A stretch of 59,499 nucleotides of DNA from Octopus bimaculoides (taxonomy: Eukaryota): NCBI RefSeq assembly GCF_001194135.2, contig NC_068982.1, forward strand, positions 85,573,605 to 85,633,103. The letters are read 5' to 3'. A program made the translations under genes and the position numbers. Positions 11,691-23,466 of the stretch are shown piece by piece. Position 1 is the first letter of the stretch. Each line of letters begins with the position of its first letter. The notes under the pieces were generated by a model that was not told the DNA's origin, searched no databases, and worked only from the letters and a program-made list of their open reading frames with translations.

Positions 11691-12977
11691 AGAGCTTTGT
11701 TGTACTGATCTTGAAAGAAAAGGAGTGATTGTTCAATCTTACTTTGAATTATCCTTCTGCTATGCCAGTATAACACTTTCAGCCAATGTTGTGATCCAAG
11801 CTGATCCTTGTATCTTCTACTTCATATACAATAGCCTTTGTTTTACAGAATTTATTTTAGTGTGCATGCATTTTTACTCGTGTAGGAGCAAAAATGCATG
11901 TACCTGACCTAGTGTTGGGCAGCTGTACCTAATGCATGTGCTCTACCTAGATTTCTTGCTTCAAGTGAGATTTTTGCTCCCAATGAGAAGTCTCACTGGT
12001 TGGAGTAAAACTAAAGCTAATATATATATAATAAGTTTGTTCTGGGTATGACAGTAAACAGTATCCAGTGTTGAGGTTCCAGTTCAGAAGTTCTAGATTT
12101 GAGGAGCATAGTGGCACCTCTTAATTACTATTACACCCAAGTTTTTTTCATGATCTGGTATGGTAGTATCTGCCAGGGTCCCATCTATGGGTTAAATTGA
12201 TTTCCCAATACTAAAGGAAGTTAACATTATTCTTGACAAAACTCTGAGGAAGACACTTTTTGTAGGAGGAAGGTACTCTGACATAAAACTTGCAGACAAA
12301 ATAGTACCAGTCATCTTGCAATGCTTGGCATTGGAACTTACTATTGTAATCGAGAGAGTCACAAAAGTGTTGTACAAGTTTTTGTCACTTAAATCCAGTG
12401 ATATACAGACATCTTGCTATCATTTCATTTCTTAATTCATTTTGTACTATAGAAAGTCCTATTGTAATGGATGTGGCATAAAATGTCATATCCATGCACA
12501 TGCAAGGATGAAAGTAAATCAAAACAATCAGGCTGAATTTGAGATGACTATCATCTGACAAGATGAAGCAATCATCATGTATGTATGTGCATACATTCAT
12601 TTGTTTATCCATACATACTTTGTTCATTCATACATACTTATTTCTTAAAATATCCCCTATTTCAATTTGCTATGAATAAGAATACACTATATTGTAAGTA
12701 AATTGAATGTCAGCTGGTTTCAATTCTTGATTTCAATTGCGTTGTTATTGAAATTAGCAATACCCTTCATTTCCATACATCTATTTCCCAAAAATATAAG
12801 ACAAATCATTCAGTTACTAAAACTCACCGCAATACTGGGAACTCCAGCACACTTGGCAAAATACTTTAGACAAATAGGTGACATATGCAAGAATATTCGT
12901 ATTTCTTGTCCTGCCTATACATAAGTTGAATCACAAAATTGAAGTCTTATACACATTTTTTTTCTTATCTGTTTCAG

Positions 12978-13015
12978 TTCAGCCAACTCTGTTGGTAAAC
13001 TTTTATCTCCATCAG
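12978..13015 (+). CDS. ASK1: ASK-family MAP3K 38-nt linker exon
   Basis: gtttcag|T...CAG|gtaagt; (N)SANSVGKLLSPS; supplies the phase 2->1 bridge needed between 9020 and 18424. Confidence 0.7.
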
Positions 13016-13271
13016 GTAAGTGTTGTCATTCACAACTTTTTCACAAAATCTTATTCAGTTGGAAAAATAAAATTCTAATACTTTTACATTAGTTTAAAAC
13101 CAGTAAAATAATTCATTTGATAATTTAAAATTGTTATTACTTCATTGCAGACAACTGAAACAAAAGAAAGCTATACCAAACTTGCTATATAGACAGATAA
13201 GAATTCGATTTGTAGTCAACTAAAAAATATTCATCCAGTTTCTGAATAGTTTAAATATAATTCTCCAGCAA

Positions 13272-13433
13272 ATAGGCTCAAGTATGGCTATGTGGTAATA
13301 AGTTTGCATCCCAATCACATAGTCCTGAGTTCACTCCAACTGCATGACACCTTGAGCATGTGTCATCTACTATAGCTTTGGGTCAACCAAAGCCTTGTGA
13401 GTAGATTTGATGAACAGAAACTGAAAGAAGCCC

Positions 13434-13437
<4 letters not shown>
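13272..13437 (+). mobile_element. tRNA-derived SINE head
   Basis: Similar to 4187-4346; followed by (TA)n. Confidence 0.7.
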
Positions 13438-13472
<35 letters not shown>

Positions 13473-13499
13473 GGGCTTCTATGCACCTGTAACCTACAC

Positions 13500-13975
13500 A
13501 ATCTACTGGTCTGTAGCACCTTCCCCTCCTCCATCCCAACCCAACTCGGATCCTGTCCATGCTCCAGATCCCACTGCCACACCTGTCCTTTCATCACCAA
13601 CACCATCTCCCTCACTGGATCCTACCAGCACCCCCTCCACATTTGTAACTCCTCCTGCATTTCTTCCAGCCTTATCTATTGCATCAAATGTAATCTCTGC
13701 AACAAACTCTACATTGGTCAGACTGGCCGACTGGTTCACTGAACATCTACGAGATGTTTGGCTACATACGAATCCCCTCGTCACCCACCAATTTCGCTTG
13801 GCCAACCACTCCACCTCAAATATCACCGTCTTTGGCCTTGTCCTCCACCACGGATCCACCAACTCTTAAATTCGCCTTGAACAGCATTACATTTTCAGTC
13901 TACAAACACAAACTCCTTTCGGACTTAACACAATTCCATCCTCTCAATGACTGTCTCTACACCCTCCTTAAAAAA
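13500..13975 (+). mobile_element. Penelope-like element fragment (GIY-YIG endonuclease)
   Basis: LIYCIKCNLCNKLYIGQTGR, then after a frameshift LADWFTEHLRD...HQFRLANHS. Confidence 0.75.
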
Positions 13976-14059
13976 TAACTTTTTATCCTATCTTATATTC
14001 ACTCACTATTTATAACTTTCATTTTTTCTGGAAAAAACTAGATACTTTGGCCAGATAAT

Positions 14060-16134
14060 AGATAAAAATGGATGAAAACTGGATCCATCCAGAGCAACTG
14101 CAATAAAAATATGCCCACACCGAATAATGTGACTATGTTACAAGCATTCTTGGGATTAGTAAATTACTATCAAATTTACATTCCCAATATACATAATGTA
14201 AGGGCCCCGCCCAATGATCTGTTAAAGAAAAATACAAAATGGTGTTGGACTGATGAGTGCCAGAAGGCATTTGATGAGTTAAAAAGCATTTTAACATCAA
14301 ACTTATCGTTAATGCATTTTGATCCAAAGTTGGATATTATATTAGCTACAGATGTGAGTGATTACGGTGTAGGAGCTGTGCTTCTGCACAAATATGATGA
14401 TGGCAGTAAAAAGGCTATAGCCTATGCATCACAATCATTATTACCAGCTGAAAGCAACTATAGACAGATAGAAAAGAAGCATAAGCAATCATATTTGGTG
14501 TGAAAAAATTACATAGATTTATTCATGGAGGAAGTTTCTGTCTACAAACAGATCATCACCCACTACTGTCAATATATGGTCCTAAAAAAGGAATACCAAC
14601 ACACACAACAAATAGACTACAGCGATGGGGCACTACATTATTGAATTATGACTACAAAATGGAATATTTACCATAAAAAAAATTAGGGCATGCCAATGGT
14701 TTGTCCAGACTGATACTGAAACGCTGTGAGCCATTTGAAGATACAGTAATTGCAGCTTTAAGAGCAGAAGAAGAAATAAAAAATGTAATGTGAAGTATGG
14801 TACACAAATTATCAGTAATCCTAGATGACATAAAGCAAAATGCAGTAAAGGACAAATTCATAACAGAAGTGAAAAGAACACTGTGGTCAGGAAAAGTAAA
14901 CAGGAATAAGATTGGTGCAAAATGAAACCAAGACATGAACCTATACTCAATTTGTAGTAGCATATTGATGTATGCACAGAGAGTAGTAATACATGAAACA
15001 CTGCAAAAGAAAATGTTGAGGGAATTTCATATTGGACATCCTAGTATTTCGAGGATGAAAGCTTTGATGCATAGCCATGTGTACTGGCCAAAAATGGATA
15101 GAGAAATAGAAAATTTGGTGAAAGGCTGTAGAGAATGTGCTCTAGCAGCAAAATTACCAACAATAAAAAGTGAACCTTGGCCAAAAGTAGATGTTCCATG
15201 GTCAAGACAACACATCAGTTTTGCTGGTCCTTTAAACAGTTCATACTACTTAGTGGTAGTTGATAGTTTCTTGAAATGGCCAGAAATTCATAAGTGTAAA
15301 AATCCAACCTCTTCAACTGTGACAAATTTTCTATATGAGCTATTTGCAAGATTTGGCATCCCAGATGCAATAGTGTCTGACAATGGAACATAGTTTGTGT
15401 CTTTTGAATTTAAAATGTTTTGTAAAACATTCATGGTAGAATATGTAATTATTGCACCATACCATCCCAAGCAGAATGCTTTGTTGATACATTCAAGGGA
15501 GCCTTAAGAAAGCCAGATACGGAAGTCACGGATGAGATAGCTCTACAACAATTCCTAAGAGTATATCATGTGACATCAAATCCAAATACACCAGCAGAGC
15601 TGATGTTTGCGAGGAAAATAAAATCAGTCTTCAACAAATTGCTACCTGGCAAAAATAGAAAGACTGCAAGGGAAAATACAGCAAGATATTTCAAAATTTG
15701 CAAAAAGGTATTTGTGAGGGCATATAAGAACGGAAAACAGAGTTGGGAAGATGGCATGATTACCAAACAAGTTAGGAAAAATGCTATAAATGGTAGGAAA
15801 TAGAAAAGGTGTATACAAGAGACACATAAACCAACTGAAAAAAAAGATTCATTGAGAGCGAACCCAAGAGAATGGAAGACCCAATGGAATGGTTATATGA
15901 TACTTTTGAAGTACCAACATGACTACAGTTGATAGAACACAGACGCATAAACGTAAGAAAAAGAAAATGTACGGAGTTCCTGAAAGTTGATACCAAACAG
16001 AAAAAAATATTAAAAGTGTAACTAAGAAGACAAAAAAACTCAAAAAAAGGGAGGTGGGTTGTTATAAAAAATAATGCTATTAAAAGAAATAGAATGACAC
16101 ACCTTAAAAAAAAAAGAAAAACTTAAAAGGGGAG
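14060..16134 (+). mobile_element. Gypsy/Ty3 LTR retrotransposon pol remnant (RT connection, RNase H, integrase) and PPT
   Basis: LQAFLGLVNYY, ATDVSDYGVGAVL, AYASQSL, H-C zinc region (FHIGHP...YWP...CREC), VVVDSF, FGIPDAIVSDNGT; PPT aaaaggggag at 16125-16134. Confidence 0.9.
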
Positions 16135-16316
16135 TGTTGTGGAGATCATAGTAATAATGGTACCCCCTTCCCACGTGATGAGTGGTATGTACTAGTCACT
16201 ATAAATAGGTGACATCGGTCAGTGTAGTAAGAGAGTACAAAGTTGACATTCTTAGATAGTCATGGTCTTACTTGTCTTACTAAATATTCTGCTATACCAG
16301 AGTAGACGTTATAACA
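16135..16316 (+). mobile_element. 3' LTR of the Gypsy element (182 bp)
   Basis: Starts TGTTGT directly after the PPT, ends ATAACA; internal TATAAATA at about 16200. Confidence 0.7.
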
Positions 16317-16339
16317 ATCCAACATTAAGGATTACAACA

Positions 16340-17130
16340 CTTGTTCAGTGACTTTCCTAATCTGGTCTAGTAATATGATACTTCTGTAATTACTTCTCTC
16401 TAAGGCATCCCCTTTACCCTTGTAACAGTTGACTATGATGCTGCTACAACAGTTGCTGGGCATGCTCCCTTCATGAACATCCTGGTTCGTTATATGTGTA
16501 ACTAAGCCTTATACTACTCTACCAAATATTTAAAGCATCTCATTGGTAATGCCTGATGGACCAGGAGCTTTTCCAGTCTACATATTCTTAATTGTTTTAA
16601 CTATAACATTGCTGTCAACAAGAATGGCTGGACCCTTTGTCAGGTTCACATTAGGAAGATTCTTTTTTCTCTCATTCATTCTCCACATTTAGTAGACTTT
16701 CATAATAGCACTTCTATGTCTCTTTCTTTTCAGAATCACTAAGTGTACCATTATCCTTCCATACACACCTGTCTCCTACAACATCTTGGTTTTTCTCTAA
16801 TACACTAGCTTGCAATTCAGAATACCTCATGTCTTTGGTCCTCACAGTGTAGAACATTAGCAAACCTCTTCTTTCCTACTTCTCTTGCTAAATAGACTTG
16901 TCTCCTTGATTCCCATCTAGCTACCTGATATAGTTTTTTGTTACCCCATTTCTTCTAAACCTTCCAAGCCTTATTTTTCACTTTTATGACTGTCTATTTT
17001 TGTTTCACCACATCACCCTTGGTCTGGCTGGAATTTTGCATCAGCCACAGATTTCATGTATAGCTCTCCATAGGTTGTCTTGTAAGAACTTCCAATTGTC
17101 CTCTGTGTTATATGTTTCTATCACTTCTTA
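16340..17130 (-). mobile_element. RTE LINE fragment (linker region)
   Basis: Minus strand IVNCYKGKGDALERSNY; similar to 39950-40700. Confidence 0.65.
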
Positions 17131-17239
17131 CTTTTCTGTCAAATGATATGTATATTTCTTTGTATATTTATATATACACATGTATGTATGTATGTATTTA
17201 TATGTGTGTATGTATGTTGTGAAATCCTACTTCAGTAGC

Positions 17240-18365
17240 TATGTGGTTGTGGGGTGTATACCTTTGCATGTCCAACCAAGCTACAAAGGTACTGGACTAC
17301 TGACCCTATGTAAAGACTACCCCATGAAAGCTAGCTAAACCAAAGAGGTAATAACTGGCCTACCTGCCTAGCAGGCTGGGTGGCCTCATCTTAAAAGCTA
17401 AAGCAATGCAAGGAAATGGGCCTTAGTGTCCTGCAGGTAGTTCAGACTGCTCTATGGTGGCAGAGCGAAATCTGAGCAACCAGAGGCTGCTAAAAACCTC
17501 AGGTACCAATAGGCCATCAAGGAATTGGGTAACAACCCTTGCTATATATACAACTGCAGGTCTTTAACATGGAGAACCAGAATGACCCATCTAATGGAAA
17601 AGAAAAAGATCAAATGTGATATGCTAGGGCTCTGTGAAACATGTTGAAGGAAATAAATAAATATGAGATGGACAAATGGAAGTATCGTGAGACTGGGAAA
17701 AGAAGAAGGTGTGACAGCAACAGGTCGTATAGGGTTCATCATAATCAAAGAATGAGCTTTGCAAATTATTTCTTACCAATTGCCTTCAACATGCACCAGA
17801 CTACTAGACATTCATCTCTCAAGAAATGCCACCTTGAAGATCATCCAGACCCATGATCCCACAAATACAAGCAAAGATGATGGAGTAGAATAATTCTACC
17901 AAAAGCTAGAGAAAGCGCTAGTGCACAAATTGACTTTCACTGTAGTGATGGGAGATTTCAATGGAAAAGGACAACAGAGAGAGAGAGAAATATGTTGGTA
18001 AGTTTGGATCAAGAAAGTGAAACAAAAGAAGAGGATGTTTGGTTACCATGGCAGAAACAAGATGATTTTACATTGGGAAGTGCTTATTCAGGAAACAACC
18101 TGGAAGGAGATGGACCTGAATAGCCCCAAACACTCAACACAGCATGTCTCAGTAGTAGCACCATTCAACACAGGCAGTGATCATCAATTGCTATGATAAA
18201 GACCATGATCAATTAAATCAGAGACAAAAGGTTTCTGCATATCTCTATGAAGAATTAATGCATCAAGACCTTTGATGTGAAACAATTGCAGAAGCTATCG
18301 AGAAGGAAATTTGGAGACAATTTGAAGAGTTCAATGAGGACTACAATTTGCTGGTCCAGAAAATT
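17240..18365 (+). mobile_element. Degenerate RTE-type LINE 5' part (APE endonuclease)
   Basis: YNCRSL, CDMLGLCET and VVMGDFNGK motifs, with many stops. Confidence 0.6.
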
Positions 18366-18423
18366 AAAAATAGATTTGGGACCAGTTTAAGGTTTTAAAT
18401 TATTTTTTTATTACTATTTTCAG

Positions 18424-18491
18424 TTGCTGTGGACCCACAACTTGTAAAATGGCTTAAGCAATGTCAAGTTGATGAAGATACCATTAAACAT
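18424..18491 (+). CDS. ASK1: ASK-family MAP3K exon, SAM domain start
   Basis: ttttcag|TT...CAT|gtaagt; (V)AVDPQLVKWLKQCQVDEDTIKH resembles ASK1 DSELTDWLRVNGADEDTISR. Confidence 0.9.
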
Positions 18492-19580
18492 GTAAGTAGA
18501 CTTTGAGATTTGTAGTATAAAATAATTACTCTCTTTACTATGGTATCATATGTGGTACCATTGGTATAATCTTATTGTAAAAGCAGCAAATCCACTTGCA
18601 TATAAAAAACTGTTACTTTCATTGGCTTCAGTTGTGAACAAAACAAATAAACACACAATTATTGTACTTTTTTTACAAGTCTATGCCAGAAGATGGGTAA
18701 CACAGGTATGCAGGTCTCCAGTAGATTTACAGAGGCCATATTGTGGTCCTTGAAAAGGAACTCCAATCTTGGAGAAGTTGATTGTTCCCAAGATTTTCCA
18801 GGAGACCTAAAAAGGATTAGCTACTGTTTAAGAGAGGCACTAGTTTGTAGGTGGGTGTGATACACCATGGCATCTTCCACATTTTGGATGTCATTATTTC
18901 AAGCATTAAAGTTGTGGGTAAATACTGTTTAATTAGTAGGGTGTGTGATGAATTTTTTTGGATTTGAAGTCTATGTTCTTCCTGTGTACTGTTTGCAGCA
19001 CAGCTCCATTTGAACCATTTGGAGATTTTGCAATGTTTTGTATGCAAAGGAACATGACTAAGAGGATAGCTTAACTGTTCTTGGTGGATCAAAGGTGAGA
19101 GTATTTGCTGCCTGAAATAGTTAGTATAGAACAAAGCTGTGACCAGTTAGCTAACTTGAAGTATGATAGAGTTCAAAACTAATGAGGGCATAGTTGAGAC
19201 TTCAGACCATGGCAATGAAGTTTCCAGTTAGTGGAAAATACAAAGCTTTCCTTCTGATATTGCATGACAGCCTTGAACCACCTTGCTTTACTTAAAAGGG
19301 GAATATTCAGTATCCAGTTGTTTGATTAAAAAACTTATTTTTCAATCATAAAAAAATATATAAACAGTTAAATAGATCATTTTCCCCTTTTGTAGAAATG
19401 TAAGTTCAAATCCTATGACTTTATTTTTAATTCTTTTAAATTTAACCCTTCCATCATTCTTCAAAAGCTGATAAAATGAATACCCATAATTCTGTAATCA
19501 ATTCATATGATAAATACTTATTCTCTTATAAAAATTGATCTTGTGTGAAAGAAATCAATGACTCTTTGTTCTTGTAATAG

Positions 19581-19657
19581 ATCACTTATGAAGAATATTC
19601 TTATATCGATTTTGTGGAAATGGTTACTCTTGAAGAACTTCATGGTTTAAATATTAA
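19581..19657 (+). CDS. ASK1: ASK-family MAP3K exon, SAM domain middle
   Basis: taatag|ATC...AA|gtaagt; ITYEEYSYIDFVEMVTLEELHGLNI resembles ASK1 FLAEDYTLLDVLYYVTRDDLKCLRL. Confidence 0.88.
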
Positions 19658-20063
19658 GTAAGTCAAACTATAAAAATCTTCTGAAATATTTATTTTAAAA
19701 TACCTTAATTCTTTTTCAGATTCTTTCTTTTTGCAATATTACAGGCTTGAAATATTATGGCTTTTTATGAGTATTTGATATCATGAATAGCTTAGTGATT
19801 GAGGCTATGAGTTTTAAATCTATTTTTCTTTTTTGAACACTTAATGTCTATTTTTTTTAATACTTAATGTCTATCGCAGTTTTGTGTGTTATATCTAATT
19901 TTCAAGCTCCTTTAAATATTTATTCTAAAATGAATTCTGTCATTAATTTATATCAAACTAATGTAAGAATTTTCAAAGAAGCTAAATTTGATCAACATTC
20001 ATCAGTATTCTTTTGTTTTAAAGACCTGCATTTCTGGTGTGCATGTGCACGCAGGTGTGTGTG

Positions 20064-20109
<46 letters not shown>

Positions 20110-20265
20110 TAGTAAGGTAGGTAAACAGAGTTATTCTTGGGATGTATCTACATGGAGCACAAAATACAGATTATAAAATAAAGAAAACAATCTATAATGG
20201 AAAAACATTATGTAATATCTTATCTCAGCAGTCATTTCAAGAGACCAAACTTAAATAATATCCAT

Positions 20266-20758
20266 ATTCATAGGTGATATGTAAATAATGTCATAAGTCA
20301 GTGGACAATGAGTAACAAGTCCAGATGAAATTGCTAAGTAAGTTAGGCTTCTCTTCTCAAGAGTTGAATGGCAAATGCTAGTCATTTAGTAGTGTTTATA
20401 AATATAGGGGTGTAGAGAGAAGAGAGAGAATTTGGAGGAAGCAGATGGAAATAGTGAGAGATAAGGGGAAGTTAAAAGGAAATGCAGGATGAAGAACAGT
20501 TACACAAAGATCAGATTTAAAGATGATAAAGTTCATAGCTGATCAAAGGAAATTCTGGTTAGTTCACCTAGCAGGGGGTCAAAGCCTCTAGCTGTAGAGT
20601 GGTTAAGAATTTCTCACTTCTCTTTTAACTTTCCTATTTGTAAATGACTCACACTTGTCACTCTATTCTTTGAAAAGAGGCCTAACTTGCTTAACAATTT
20701 CATCTGGACTTGTTGCTGGTTGTACACCTATGATATCATACATATATCACCTATGAAT
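20266..20758. repeat. Imperfect inverted-repeat element (MITE-like)
   Basis: Perfect 15-bp outer IR (20266-20280 / 20744-20758) and 33/35-bp inner IR (20314-20348 / 20680-20714). Confidence 0.7.
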
Positions 20759-21419
20759 GTGATTATTACATAAGTTTGACCTTTTGAAGCAGTTGTTGAG
20801 ATTACATAATGCTTTTTCGTTATGTATTTTTTATTTATTTTATAATCTGCAGTTTGTACTCCATGTAAATATGTCTCAAACCTTACTGTGTTTATCTATC
20901 TTATGGCCTTCATAACAGCTTGATTTGGATTGCTCTTTAAAACCACTTTCGATGCTATGGGCCTGGTCATGGATGAGGAATTTGGAATTTAAGTTCAGAT
21001 TCATTTGAGTTCTACTTTGAGTCATCTATACTAAGTTTAGTTTGCTCTCACTCACTATATATATATATATAATAGGAACATTGACATTAATAATGCCTTT
21101 CACAATGATGTATATATTACACCATTTCAGTTACATGTGATTATGAAAAATTAATTTATTAATTTTTTTCTTAGTTTACTTTTCACTCTGTTCCTTGTTA
21201 AAATGCTGGGCTCTTTGATATTTTCAGCTTTCAAACTCTGATATAATGTAGTGAAATGGTAGAATTGTTTGAGCATTGGAGAGAATGCTTTGAGATATTT
21301 GATTCGACTGTGTACTGAAATCTTACTGAAGTCAACTTTGGCTTTTATCCTTTTGTGGTCAATTAAAAAGTACCAATCCAGAGTGCTGGATTGGTCAAAC
21401 TGTAAGCATGTTGGACTAG

Positions 21420-22512
21420 ATCATCATCATCATCATCATCATCGTTTAACGTCCGCTTTCCATGCTAGCATGGGTTGGACGATTTGACTGAGGACTGGTG
21501 ACCAGGAGGCGACAGCAAGCTCCAATCTGATTTGGCAGAGTTTCTACAGCTGGATGCCCTTCCTAACGCCAACCACCCCAAGAGTGTAGTGGGTGCTTTT
21601 ATGTGCCACCGGCACGAGGGCCAGTTAGGCGGGTACTGGCAATGGCCAGGATCGAAATGGTGTGTTTTACGTGCCAGCTGCACAGGAGCCAGTCCATCGG
21701 CACTGGCAATGATCTCGCTCGGATGTCTTACTGGCAAAGGCCACGCTCAAAATGGTGTATTACGTGTCACCTNNNNNNNNNNNNNNNNNNNNNNNNNNNN
21801 NNNNNNNNNNNNNNNNNNNNNNNNNNNNNNNNNNNNNNNNNNNNNNNNNNNNNNNNNNNNNNNNNNNNNNNNNNNNNNNNNNNNNNNNNNNNNNNNNNNN
21901 NNNNNNNNNNNNNNNNNNNNNNNNNNNNNNNNNNNNNNNNNNNNNNNNNNNNNNNNNNNNNNNNNNNNNNNNNNNNNNNNNNNNNNNNNNNNNNNNNNNN
22001 NNNNNNNNNNNNNNNNNNNNNNNNNNNNNNNNNNNNNNNNNNNNNNNNNNNNNNNNNNNNNNNNNNNNNNNNNNNNNNNNNNNNNNNNNNNNNNNNNNNN
22101 CAGTTGCCATCATGATTTCACTTTCGCTTGCCCCAACAGGTCTTTGCAAGCCGAGTTTAGTGTTCCTACAAATTTAGTTCGATTTCGATTTCACTTGCCT
22201 CACCATGTCTTCACAAGCGGAGTTTAGTGACCAATGAAGGAAAGGTACGCATAAGTGGGCTGGCTACATCCCTGGCAGAGGCCTTGGATTTTGGTCTCGC
22301 TTGGCCTGCTGGGTCTTCTCATGCACAGCATATTTCCAAAGGTCACGGTCGCAAGTCATTGCCTCGGTGAGGCCTAATGTTCAGAGGTCGTGTTTCACCA
22401 CCTCATCCCAGGTCTTCCTGGGCCTACCTCTTCCACGGGTTCCCTCAACCGCTAGGGTGTGGCACTTTTTCACGCAGCTATCCTCATCCATTCTCACCAC
22501 ATGTCCATACCA
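21420..22512 (-). mobile_element. 5'-truncated RTE LINE 3' end, spans a gap
   Basis: (ATC)n tail followed by the reverse complement of the shared RTE 3' UTR; ORF2 C-terminus ...GRPRKTWDEVV...LGLTEAM on minus. Confidence 0.85.
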
Positions 22513-23085
22513 TACCTTGTGATATTTGTTCTAGCTGTTTGTATTTAGTGTTGTAATTCTGCCATGGCCTATATGATACCTGTTTCCATACCACCACTTT
22601 TGTTGCCTCTAGTGGAGTTTCCTCTGTTATAAGTATTTGGGCCAGATCTCTAGTTTGAGGATACATTCCTTCCTCACTCTTACCAGTCTGGAGGCCTGTA
22701 AGGAGTTATGGGCACTGACTAAAATACAAAAATAAATTTCTATTCATCTTCCGAGGTCATCTTTGTTATATATAGCTGTTTAGAGTGTGTGATGAATTTT
22801 TCTAGGCATAGAAGTCTGGGTTTTTTTTTTGCTTGTACTGCTGCAGCAAATTTGAACCATTTGGGAATTTAGAGCTATATTCTGTTTGCAAAGGAACATG
22901 ATTAAGAGTATAGTTTACTTGTTCTGATGTTAGTCTTTGTTACATGTAGCTCTAAGGAGAGAAAGGGGAACAAAAGAAAAATGAAGTGTGTGCTAATTTT
23001 AAAATGCGGGAAGATTAAAGTAAAATTCAACAGCACTTTTACCCATTCCAATTTTACGTATCTAATTTGTATATTTCTATTGCAG

Positions 23086-23233
23086 AAAAGGCGTAGTATA
23101 TCGGATATGGCGGAGCCTTACATTATTACGAAAGGCTAAAAAAATTAATTCATCCTCCCATGGAGAAAATACCACTTCTGTCTGTGGAGCAGAAAACCTG
23201 GATGTTGATCACAAATATGATGGATCTTCTTGA
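23086..23233 (+). CDS. ASK1: ASK-family MAP3K terminal coding exon, SAM domain end, C-tail and stop
   Basis: ttgcag|A AAA GGC...TGA; (K)KGVVYRIWRSLTLLRKAKKINSSSHGENTTSVCGAENLDVDHKYDGSS*, resembles ASK1 RGGMLCTLWKAIIDFR; the seven exons total 639 nt (213 codons) in frame. Confidence 0.88.
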
Positions 23234-23460
23234 TGAATTTCTTGTTCAGTTTATTACATTAATGGTTTCAACCTGTTAATTTTATTCATGTCTTGAGAGT
23301 TATTTGAATGCTATTTCAACTCAATATTAGCTTGCTGTGATTATGGAACAATTTAAACTGACAAAAGCATATGAAACATTTTGAACTGAGAAAAGCACAT
23401 GAATATTTGCATGATTTAACCACTTCTTTAATTCTCTTTTCAATCACACCGTCTTTCTTC

Positions 23461-23466
23461 AATAAA
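23461..23466 (+). promoter_or_regulatory. Candidate polyadenylation signal of the ASK-like gene
   Basis: First AATAAA noticed after the stop codon (about 230 nt downstream); not otherwise supported. Confidence 0.3.

Noticed and set aside
12385-12627. Minus ORF containing LRNEM, superficially like Rabin8 LRKEM
   Set aside because: The surrounding residues do not align
13471-13869. Pro/Ser/Thr-rich 132-aa ORF resembling a mucin
   Set aside because: Out-of-frame reading of a Penelope GIY-YIG fragment
16043-16066. Second PPT-like tract followed by tgttat, about 80 bp before the Gypsy LTR
   Set aside because: Too short and degenerate to call a second LTR start
17235-17350. Possible HDV-like ribozyme at an RTE 5' end (gtagct/agctac pairing, gctaa)
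   Set aside because: P3 and P1.1 cannot be built convincingly; the 5' end of the RTE at 48480-48680 also gave no HDV-like fold by eye
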